Origin: Heterodontus francisci
Taxonomy: Eukaryota
Assembly (NCBI RefSeq): GCF_036365525.1
Contig: NC_090399.1
Span: 14,817,558-14,881,557, forward strand
Direction of reading: 5' to 3'
DNA length: 64,000 nt
Within the stretch, counting starts at the first letter, position 1; the number at the start of each line of letters is the position of its first letter. The position numbers were made by a program, and so were the translations under genes. The notes beneath the pieces were generated by a model. The model ran no database searches and had not been told where the DNA came from. It saw only the letters and a list, made by a program, of their open reading frames with translations. Below, in pieces: positions 38,234 through 49,134 of the stretch.

Positions 38234-38291
38234 CTTTCGATAGAATCAGGAGCATTAAATTGACGCCGATGATTTTATTGAGTGCAGGCAT
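38234..38291 (-). CDS. NCR3/CD28-like Ig receptor gene 2, exon 1 (signal peptide)
   Basis: ATG at 38291; MPALNKIIGVNLMLLILSK plus one G base, then GTAAGT donor; 58 bp, phase 1. Confidence 0.8.
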
Positions 38292-38529
38292 CTTTCTTTT
38301 CCCTTCAGACAGCTCACAAAGTTGACCCGACAGGCTGCAACCACTCATGCTATTGACCGGAAGCACAAGGCAACTTTCATTGCGACCTGGCCTTTGCTGA
38401 CGGTGTTACCCTTCGTGGTGGAGGTTAGACCCCACGCGATTCAAGCATAAGGCGTCTTAATTGCACTGTATGATGTGGCACAGAGTCATAAAGACTACAA
38501 GGTTACTTGAGACCAAAGAAGTAACTTAG

Positions 38530-39590
38530 AGATTCAAAGGTGCCTGGAGGTGGAAGACGTGGGCGGGTTAAGCATAGTGAGAGAGGAAGTTTTAAGTGAT
38601 TTAGCATCTTGGAATGTGGATAAAACGCCAGGCCCGGATGAAGAACACCCCAGGCTGCTAAAGGAAGCAAGGAAGGAAATGGTGAAAGTTCTGGGCATCA
38701 TTCTCCAATCCTCTCGGGCTACGCCCATGGTGGCGGAGGACTGTAACATTGTACTGTTGTTTAAAAAGGGAAGAAGGGTATAGATCGACTAACTACCGGG
38801 CAGTCAGCCCAACCTCCAGGGTGGGAAAATTTCTGGAAAAAGTTCCGAGTGACAGTATAAATCGTCCTTTGGAAAGGCACAGATTAATCAAGGATAACCA
38901 GCATGGATTTGTTAAGGGAAGGTTGTGTCTGACTAAATTGATTAATTTTTTTTTGAGCAGGTGACAATGTTGTCGCCAGCAATGGAGAATTTTAGCAATG
39001 AGGAAAGATTGCATAGTCTGGGGTTTGTTATCTTGGAACAGAGGAGGCTGGGGGGGAGATTTAATTGAGGGCATATTTAATTGAGATGTAAATAACTGAG
39101 GGGTCTAGATAGAATGGATAGGAAGAACCTAGTTCCCTTAGCAGAGAGATTGATACCAAGAGCATAGATTTAAAGTAACTGGCAGAATAATTAGAAGGAA
39201 GTTGAGGAGAACTCACTGCCTGAAAGTGCAGTAGAGACAGAAACCCTGTTCAGGGTCAATGTTGATAGCATATTTGATGTAGTCTACATGGATTTTACAA
39301 GGCTTTGACAAGGTCCCATGGCAGACTGGTCATAAAAGTAGAGCCCATGGGATTCAAGGACAAGTAACAAGTTGGATCCAAAATTGGCTCAGTGGCAGGA
39401 AGCAAAGGTTCAGCACCCTTTCACTGTCTGGTAGAGACAGAAACCCTCTTTACATTTAAAAAGTATTTGGATATGCACTTGAAGCCTACAGGGCTATGGT
39501 CTAAGAGCTCCTACGGCCTGCACAGACTTGATGGGCCAAATGGCATACTTCTGTGCCATAAATATTCTATGTTTTTATGTTCTATCTAAG
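38530..39590 (+). mobile_element. Degenerate, rearranged CR1 fragments
   Basis: DKTPGPD and QHGFVKGRLCLT remnants; segments out of order. Confidence 0.7.
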
Positions 39591-39909
39591 GATGAGATCA
39601 AATTCCTTGAGATATCTCTGATGCTGTTTCCTCCCCTTAATTTCCTTTCCTGAAGACAATGGTTGATATTAGGATACAGTTGCATCGATGTATTGTCTTG
39701 CCTGGAAGAGGCTTTCATCAAGCCTCATCAGAGAATCTTATTGAGCTTAATGTCAATCACAGCTAAATTCCCAGGGACCTCAGCACAGACACGGTTAATA
39801 TCTATGGTCAGATATAGCAGTGACTGATAGCCCCTCCCCTGCCCAGTGACAGCAAAAGATAACATTAATATTTCCTCCAGTGTGGTTCAGACTGAGATCA
39901 AGCCGGCAC

Positions 39910-40640
39910 CCATAGAAACACAGAAACATAGAAATTTCCAGTACAGGAACCATTCAGCCAATTGTATCTGTGCTAACTGAGCAACAGCTACCAAGCCGAA
40001 TCCCACTTTCCGGCTCTTGGTCCATAGCCCTGTATGTTATGACACCTCAGATGCATATCCAAGGTTTTTTTTTTCAAATGTAATGAGAGTTTCTGCCTCT
40101 ACCACCCTTTCAGGCAGCGAGTTCCAGACTCGTACCACCCTTTGGGTGAAAAAAATACTCCAACTCCCCTCTAATCCTCCCATCAATTACTTTTAAATCT
40201 ATGCCTATGGTATCAATCTCACTTAGAAGGGATCCAGATCCTTCCTACTCGCTCTATCTAGGCCCCTCATAAATTTTACATCTCAAATAAATCTCCCCTC
40301 AGCTTCCTTTCTTCCAAAGAAAACAACCTCAATCTTTCCTCATAGGTAAAATTCTCCATTCCTGGCTACTTCCTCATAAATCTCTTCTGTACCCTCTACT
40401 GCGTGATCACATTCTTCCTGTAATGTGGTGAGCAGTACTGTACACATTACTTTAGCTGTGGACTCACGAGTGTTTTATACAGTTCTAGCACAATCTACAG
40501 GCTCTTATACTCAATGGCTCAGCTAATAAAGGAAAGTATGCAGTATGCCTTCCTAACCACCTTATATACCTGTCCTGCTACCTTCAGACATCGACTGACA
40601 TGCAGTCCATGCTGCCTCTGTTCCGCTACACCTCCTCTAT
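39910..40640 (-). mobile_element. Degenerate CR1 3' portion
   Basis: Similarity to 16806-17465. Confidence 0.7.
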
Positions 40641-41344
40641 GCTTCTCAGAATCCTACTATTTATTGCACATTCAGACCAATGTTGAATTTCCAGCGCAAT
40701 GCCGCAGAGTCGCTTGTAAAAGGGTTTACCTGAGGGTTAGACGCTCCCTGATCTCTGTGCATTTGTGGAGATTTCGCGGCAGATTTAAATGAAAACTAAA
40801 ATGGGGAAGTTTCTATAACGGGTAGCCAATTTGCACATTTCAGCTGAATGCCTAGACGGTAATTTGAAAATCTACCTCAAAGTGGGGAAAAAGTTACTTT
40901 GGCACAGAGAAATATAGAAAGCAGTCACATGTCTTTTACCGATCGCCATTACATTATCTTCCAAACTGGGCATTCCCAACTTTTCTTTCCGCAGTTCATT
41001 ATGTTCCCCAGGCCCTTTCCTGTCTGAATTAGCATGTAACCCAAGCGTAAGGTTACCTGGTAAATTAGGCCGCAGCTAAAGTTATGATGTAGAAATGTTT
41101 GTTGTTCTTTGGTTTATAGATGAGTTCCTTTTGCTTGAGACACCATTACTCCCACATGACAACAGTGACTACACTTCAGAAATGCTTCATTGACTATGAA
41201 GCACTTTGGGACATCCTGAGGTCATAAAGCACTATATAAATGCAAGGCTTTCTTACATTCTTATTCTAAATGGCATTGCCACATTTCTTCACCTTATTTT
41301 GTTAAGCACAGTTATTGGAGTTCTCTGAACTGCTGTGAGAAGTA

Positions 41345-42395
41345 CCTACGAACATATGAATTAGGAGCAGGAGTAGGCCACTCAGCCCCTCAAGCCTGCT
41401 CCGCCATTCAATAAGATCATGGCTGATCTGATTGTAACCTAAACTCCACATTTTAAAAATTTTGTTCATGGGATATGGGAGTCACTGGCCAGGCCAGCAT
41501 TTATTGCCCATCCCTAATTGCCCTTGAGAAGGTGGTGGTGAGCTACCTTCTTGAACCGCTGCAGTCCATGTGGGGTAGTACAGCCATAGTGCTGTCAGGA
41601 ACGGAGTTCCAGGATTTTGATCCAGTGACAGTGAAGGAACGGTGATATAGTTCCAAGTCAGGATGGTGTGTGACTTGGAGGGGAACTTGCATGTGGTGCT
41701 ACCCTTGTTCTTCTAGGTGGTAGAGGTGGCGGGTTTGGAAGGTGCTGTCTAAGGAGCCTTGGTGCGTTGATGTAGTGCATCTTGTAAATGGTACACGCTG
41801 CTGCCACTGTGTGTCGGTGTTGGAGGGAATGAATGTTTGTGTATGGGGTGCCAATCAAGCAGGCTGCTTTGCCCTGGGTGGTGTCGAGCTTCTTGAGTGT
41901 TGTTGGAGCTGCACCCATCCAGGCAAGTGGGGAGTATTCCATCACACTCCTGACTTGTGCCTTGTAGATGGCGGACAGGCTTTGGGGAGTCAGGGGTGAG
42001 TTACTTACCACAGGATTCCTTGCCTCTGACCTGCTCTTGTAGCCATGGTATTTGTGTGGCTGCTCCAGTTCAGTTTCTGGTCAATGGTAACCCCCCAGGA
42101 TGTTGATAGTGGGGGATTCCTGCCTAACCCCAATAACCTATCACCCCCTTGCTTATCAAGAATCTATCTACTTCTGCCTTAAAAATATTGAAAGGCTCTG
42201 CTTCCATTGCCTTTTGAGGAAGAGAGCTCCAAAGACAGATGACCCTCAGAAAAAGTTTCTCCTCGTCTCTGTGCTAAATGGCCGACCGCTTATTTTTAAA
42301 CAGTAACTCCTAGTTCTGGATTCTCCCACAAGAGGAAACATCCTTTCCACATCCACCCTGTCAAGACCCCTCAGAATCTTATATGTTTCAATCAA
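41345..42395 (-). mobile_element. CR1 tail interrupted by a family B LINE (41453-42118)
   Basis: YKAQVRSVMEYSPLAWMGAAPTTLKKL ORF; the CR1 tail resumes at about 42119. Confidence 0.8.
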
Positions 42396-42404
42396 GGATA
42401 CAAA

Positions 42405-43027
42405 TGGCAACATTTTCCCATGGGCTTGTGGATCCAGGTGTCACCGGGAGCCAGATGGGCTATTCTCCCAGAGAAGGCCTCCAATTAAGAATGGTGGCCA
42501 CACAAACAGAAGGCCAGTAGCTCTAGAGCCTTGGCAGCATCACTGAGAGAGGTGGGCGCTGCCGAGGCCACTAGGAGAATGCAATGGTACCTCCGATCAG
42601 AGGGGAAACCACTCTGGCAGTAGTGTTTGTGCCACAGATGTGGACTTTATTGCTGGTGGCCCCCTCTTTGGGTGATGGAGCATTCAGCTCTGACAGATCC
42701 ACCTCCACTCCCCCTTCCCCCGGACTTACACAGTGAGGCCGCCTTTATTAAGATGATACCCTCCACGTGCAGTGGCAGGGGCTCCTCCACCAAAATGCCG
42801 ATCAGCGCACTAAATTGGGGCCTTAAATATGCAGATTGGCTGCCCACCACCTTGCCAACCCACCCGGGAAAACATCCCAGGCGGCCGGAATGTGTTGGGG
42901 TGCCATTCCAACATGGATCGCCATTATTTTCCTGGCCGTCCCCCCTCCCACCACAACCACCCACCCCCCCCCCCCCCCCCAACCCATCTCCAATCCTGCC
43001 ACCCCTGAGCCGGGAAAAGTCTGCCCA
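42405..43027. mobile_element. Possible non-autonomous DNA element with short TIRs
   Basis: TGGCAACATTTTCCC ... GGGAAAAGTCTGCCC imperfect inverted ends; GC-rich interior with weak similarity to 24380-24740. Confidence 0.35.
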
Positions 43028-43029
43028 AA

Positions 43030-43880
43030 GAGTCTGCAAAGTGATAGAGACAGGTTAAGTGAGTGGGCAAGAAGTTGGCAGAGGGAGTATAATATTGGAG
43101 AAAGGAAGAAAAGAACAGAGTATTTTGAACTGGTGAGAAACAATTAAATATTGGTGTTTAGAGGGATTTAGGTGTCTTTGTATATTAACTTGCTGTGATT
43201 TGTGTACAAGTACAGCCAACAATTAGGAAGGCTAATGGTGTGTTGACCTTTATTACAAGGGGTTTAGAGTACAAGAGTAAGGAAGTCTTGCTGCAATTGT
43301 ACAGGGCTTTGCTGAGACTACACCTGGAGTACTGTGCACAGTTTTGGTCTCTATACCTAAGGAAGGATATACTTGCTTAGAGGCCACGCAACGGTGCTTC
43401 ACTAGATTGATTCCTGGGATGAGATGTTTATCCTATGTGGAGAGACTGTGTAGAATGAGGCTATAGTCTCTGGAGTTTAGAAGAATGAGAGGTGATCTCA
43501 TTGAAACATATAAGATTCTGAGAAGGCTTAAAAGGGTAGAAGCCGAGAGGCTGTTCCGCTGACCGGAGAGTCTAGACAAAGGGATCAATCGTCTCAGGAT
43601 TAAGGGATCGGCCATTTAGGACTGAGATGAGGAGAAATTTCTTCAGTCAGTCGGAGAGCTGTAAACCGATAGAATGCTATACCTCAGAGAGCTGTGGATG
43701 CTCAGTTGTTGAGTACATGCAAGGCTGAGATCGATAGATCTTTCAACTCTCAGGGAATCAAGAGATATGGGGATCCGGTGGACGAGTGGAGTTGAAGTAA
43801 AAGATCAGCCATGATCTTATTGAATAGGCTAGAGGGGCCAAATGGCCTATTCTTGCTCCAAACTCTTATATTATGTTGAT
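43030..43880 (+). mobile_element. CR1 3' portion
   Basis: DRDRLSEWARSWQ and LYRALLRLHLEYCAQFW remnants. Confidence 0.85.
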
Positions 43881-46265
43881 ATAATTTTAAAAAGGCACAT
43901 TAATCATTTTCATATGGTACTTGATCCAGTAAATAAACAAAAAGATATCCAATCTTTTGCTAAAAAAAAATCAATTTTAGCGTGAAGGAATATAACCCTC
44001 ACAACTTTTAAGAAGTATTTAGATGAGCACTTGAAATGCCATAGCATCCAAGGCTACAAGCCAAGTGCTGGAAAATAGGATTAGAATAGATAGGTGCTTG
44101 ATGGCCAGCACGGACGCGATGGGCCGAAGGGCCTGTTTCTGTGCTGTATAACTCCATGACTCTATTATCTACCCACAGTCCGAGCCATCGTGACAAGCCA
44201 ATTTATGAGGGTTTTAGTTGGCTTATTTCTATTACAGTGATTTTCTTGTTACAATTAGTATGTTTTTGAAAAAAAAGTCTCATCTTCCCTGTCCTCCTCT
44301 TACCATAAAACCATAGATGCTTACAGCACAGAAAGCGCCTCTTTGACTCATTGTAGATTTTCAACCTCCTGGCTGGGTATTAAACTGGCGTTGTGGGTGG
44401 GACTGCTCCTTGTAGAAACTGCCTGACATTAACTTCCATTGGCATATTAATTAGTAGTAAACAAGTGGATGTTTTTAATGCAAAACCGATTGAAATTAGG
44501 TCATGGACATTGTGTAAGTCCTTTTTCAGTTTTGGGGCAGGGTGTGACTTTAACACTCTCAACATCCGCTGTGGTAACTCTAGTGCTTTATTGTTTAAGA
44601 TTGCGCAATATCTGTCAGTAACTGCAGGAAATTGTTCAACTAAAAGTTTTAATTCTTCTTCGGTGTTAATGAGGCAATGGTCTTTTTTTGGGGTGCAAAA
44701 GAAGAAGAATTTGGAACTGGGATCTAAAGAAAAATGGCACGTACTAATTGGCAGACAACTATTTGATTTAAAGACAATTATTTGAACTCCCACGGCATCA
44801 GTCATTTAACGGGTAAAGCAAAGTCAATCTCCCTGCTGCTGTCAACTGATTTTCTTCCGACAACAACACAAGAAATAGGAGCAGAAATAGACCATATGGC
44901 CCATCGAGCCTGCTCCGCCATTCAATACGATCGTGGCTGATCTTGGGCTTCAATTCCACTTTCCTGCCCGCTCCCCATATCCCTTGATTCCCTGTGAGAC
45001 CAAAAATCTATCTATTCCAGCCTTAAATGTATTCAATGATGAAGCATCCACAACCCTCTGTGGCAGAGAATTCCAAAGATTCACAACCCTTTAAGTGGAG
45101 TAATTTCTCCTCTCAGCTTCTACCAGATCAAACCCTGTCAGAATCTTCAATGTCTCAATTAGATCGCCTCTCATTTTCTAAACTCCAGAGAATATAGTCC
45201 CACTCTCTGATAGTTTCTGCTTTTCCCTGCTTATTTTGATTATCCACCAGTACTCTCTGTAAGGAATTCACATATTGTCCTTCGCTTTCATAGCTCAAAC
45301 TCTCTGGTTTAAACTTTGCCTCGTCTCTTTATGATACCCCCCGAAGTAGATTTCTGTCTCCATTGCCCAAGAGGAATACAGTGGAACGGATCAGCCGCTA
45401 TTTGTAGTATTCATCCTATTTTCATCCCGCCAGACGGTGCAGAGGGAAAGAAAAAGCATATTTTAGCATTTTTCAAATGCTTTAAAAAGGAACAGATTTG
45501 GTCGGAGGTGAACAAGGAGAGGTGGGACTGTTTGGGCAGAGATACCACCCTATAGAGTTTGTGTCAGGTGCCTGCTTGGGGAGTGGCGATGACTGGAGCC
45601 GAAGGTTGGGTACGAGTGTGGTGGGAGCACATTCCGAAGCACAGGTCATGTGCAATCGGCCTCTGGTTGACTGGTCTAATGTTGATGCCTCTGTGGATGC
45701 TGAGTCCTGACCTTTGTGACCCGCTGGTACATCCTGGAGTGACTGTAGCAGGCTGGGCTGAGAGTGAAACTGAATGCTTTTGTGAGAATAGCCTGGGGAG
45801 CAAACTAGGGAACATAGGACTTAGGAGCAGGAGTAGGCTATTCGGCCCCTCGAGCCTGCTCCATCATTCCATAAAATCTTGGCTGACCTGGTTGTGGTCT
45901 CAACTCCACTTTCCTGTCTGCCTCTCCGTAATCCTTGACTCCATTGTCTATCAAAAATCTTACTCAGCCTTGAACAAATGTAATGACTCAGCCTCCACTG
46001 CTAACTATAACTACATGCATTTTTTGTTCCATAATGCTGGAGTCCATAATTCTGCTTTCCATGTGGTATTATGTTGTGTTTGTGGATAAGCACCATTGCT
46101 GTCCTAGTAATGAACAATGGCTTCTTAGAGGAAGCTGCTGAAGTCAATGAAAATAAAAATCTGGAGCACTGTAAAATGGGCTGTCAATTCTCTGTCTTTT
46201 ACACTACAAGGAAGAAGGAGCTTGCATTGATATGGTTCATTTTACGACCTCAGATGTCCCAAAGC

Positions 46266-46295
46266 ACTTACCCGGCAGGGGAGAGACCATGATCA
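46266..46295 (+). ncRNA. U1 snRNA 5' fragment (nt 3-32) at the 5' end of the Tx1 element; not a U1 gene
   Basis: ACTTACCCGGCAGGGGAGAGACCATGATCA vs U1 ACTTACCTGGCAGGGGAGATACCATGATCA: 28/30 identical. Confidence 0.85.
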
Positions 46296-49134
46296 GTTGC
46301 CTTTGATCCTGTTCCAGGTAGGTAACCAATTCTAGAGCTTCAGGCCAGGGAGTGCGTAACACCGTTCGGGTGTTGGTGAAAGATAATGAAGGAGGTGCAC
46401 CTGCTGACCGTACCTTCTTCATTAAGAAAATCCTTATCGATGGCTGTGCGTTCCAAGCTATAGACACCTTCTGCCTGCAAGACTGCCCCAGCAGTGGATA
46501 TTTCGACGTGCCATTCAAGAATGTGGCGGGATGCATCAAGTTCCGGAAGGCTTTCAAGGAGAAGGGAAACAAGGTGCCGCTGTCGATCCACACAGTGCAA
46601 CCATTCTTCATGCTGCTGTCACAACGCGACTGGGTGGTGACAATCCACTTCTACAACCCCCATGTTCCTGTCGTGGATGTACTCACCTTCCTTGCCAGGT
46701 ACATCGAGGTGGCCGGCAACAGCACTGATGCCAGGGACCCATTTGGGATTTGGACCAGCAAGCGACAGGTCAAGGTGACCTTGAAGGTCGATGCCAACGG
46801 TGCTATCATCCATCCTCCCTCCAGCTTCACTATCGGGGGAAGTTGAGGCTTCTTGGTCTATATTGGGCAGCCCAGAGTTTGTCGTACCTGCGGCAAATCT
46901 GGTCATGTAGCAGCCAACTGCAGCACAGTTGTCTGCAAGAACTGAAAGAAGGAAGGCCATCAGACCAAGGACTGTAAACCAAGCAAGTGCTGCAACTTGT
47001 GCGGTGGAACTGGCCACTTCTGCAAAACCTGCCCCAAATGCTGCCTCAGTTATGTTCAGGTGGCAAGGTCCAAGGAAAGGCCGGGAGAAGGAACGGTGAA
47101 CACGTCTGGTACTGGGAAGGAGATAAGCAATCCTCCCCGCAGCGAGAGAAACAGCGGGAGAGGAGAGCTTTCAAAAAGCACGCCAGAACCTCGGAGATTA
47201 GCAGAGAAGCAGCGGGAGAAGAGCAGGAGGTTCAGATGCAAATCAAAAATCGAAAAGTGAGGTCAAGATCAACAGAAAGCGTGGGGTTCAAATTAGGAGC
47301 TGGGTAATTAACATTTGGCTACCCGCATTACGGAGCTGGAGCTGCAGGTGGATTCATTATGGAGCATCCATGATGTTGAGATAGTCGTGGATAGCACGTT
47401 TAGCGAGGTGGTCACACCGCAGGCAAATGCTGCAAAGGCAGAAAGGGAATGGGTGACTACAACGCAGAGTAGAGGAAGACAGGTAGTGCAGGAGTCCCCC
47501 GTAGCCATCCCCCTCTCTGATAAGCCACTTTGGATATTGTTGGGGGAGATGGCTCAGGGGAAATCAGCAAGAACCAAGTTCATGGCACTATGGGTGGCTC
47601 TGCTGCACAGGAGGGGAGGAAGAAGAGTGGCAGGGCTATAGTGATAGGGGATTCAATCGTAAGTGGAAAAGACAGGCATTTCTGTGGCCACAAAAAAGAC
47701 TCCAGGATGGTACGTTGCTTCCCTGGGGCTAGGGTCAAGGATGTCTTTGAGCAGCTGCAGGGCATTCTGAGGGGGAGGGCAAACAGCCAGTTGTTGTGGT
47801 ACATATCAGTACCAATGAGATAGGTAAAAAAAGGGATGAGATCCTACAAGCTGAATATAGGGAGTTAGGACATAAATTAAAAAGTAGGACCTCAAAGGTA
47901 GTAATCCTGAGTGTCACGTGCTAGTGAGAGCAGAAGTAGCAGGATACATCAGATGAATATGTGCCTGGAGAAATGGTGTAGCGGGGAGGGATTCAGATTC
48001 CTGAGACATTGGGACCGGTTCAGGGGAAGGTGGGACCAGTGCAAGTTGGACGGGTTGCATCTGGGCAGGACCAGGACCCATTTCCTCGGGAGGGTATTTG
48101 ACACTGCTGTCGGGGAGGGTTGCAACTAGAATGGCAGGGGGGTGGGAATCTGAGCAGGGAGACAGAGGAGGGGGAAGCAAGGATAGAAATGAAAGACAGA
48201 AAGGGAAGAAGCAAAAGTGGAAGGCAGAGAAAACAAGAGCAAAAGACAAATGGACCGTCGTGCAAAATAAAGCTAAGATGACGAACAATGTTAAAAGGAC
48301 AAGTCTAAAGGCATTGTTTCTTATTGTGCGGAGCATTCGCAATATGGTAGATGAATTAACAGTGCAAATAGATATAAACGGTTATGATATAGTTGTGATT
48401 ACGGAGACATGGCTGCAAGGTGACCAAGGATGGGAACTGAACATCCAGGGGTATTCAATATTTAGGAAGTACAGGCAAAGAGAGAAAGGAGGAGGGATAG
48501 CGTTGTTAGTAAAGGAGGAAATCAATGCAATAGTGAGAAAGGATTTTGGCTCGGTAAATCATGACGTGGAATCTGTATGGGTGGAGCTAAGAAACACCAA
48601 GGGGCAGAAAATGTTGGTGAGGTTATCTATAGGCCCCTAAACAGTAGTGGAGATGTAAGGGATGGCATTAAAAAGGAAATTAGAGACGCATGCAATAAAG
48701 GTACAACTGTAATCATGGGTGACGTTAATCTACATATAGATTGGGCAAACCAAATTAGCAATCTTACTGTGGAGGAGGATTTCCTGGAGTGTGTACATGA
48801 TGGTTTTTTAGACCAATACATTGAGGAACCAACTAGGGAACAGGCTATGCTAGACTGGGTATTGTGCAATGAGAAAGGATTAATTAACAATCTTGTTGTG
48901 CGGGGTCCCTTGGGGAGCAGCAACCATAGCATGATAGAATTCTTCATTAAGATGGAGAGTGAAGTAGTTGAATCCGAAACTAGGGTCCTGAATCTAAATA
49001 AAGGAAACTACGAAGGTATGAGGCGCGAGTTGGCTAGGGTAGATTGGGGAACTTTACTAAAAAGGGTTGACAGTGGATAGGTAATGGATAATATTTAAAG
49101 AATGTGTGCATGAATTACAACAATTATTCATTCC

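Noticed and set aside
46266-46430. Functional U1 snRNA gene
   Set aside because: Only 30 nt match; no further stem-loops or Sm site, and the upstream sequence is a SINE tail
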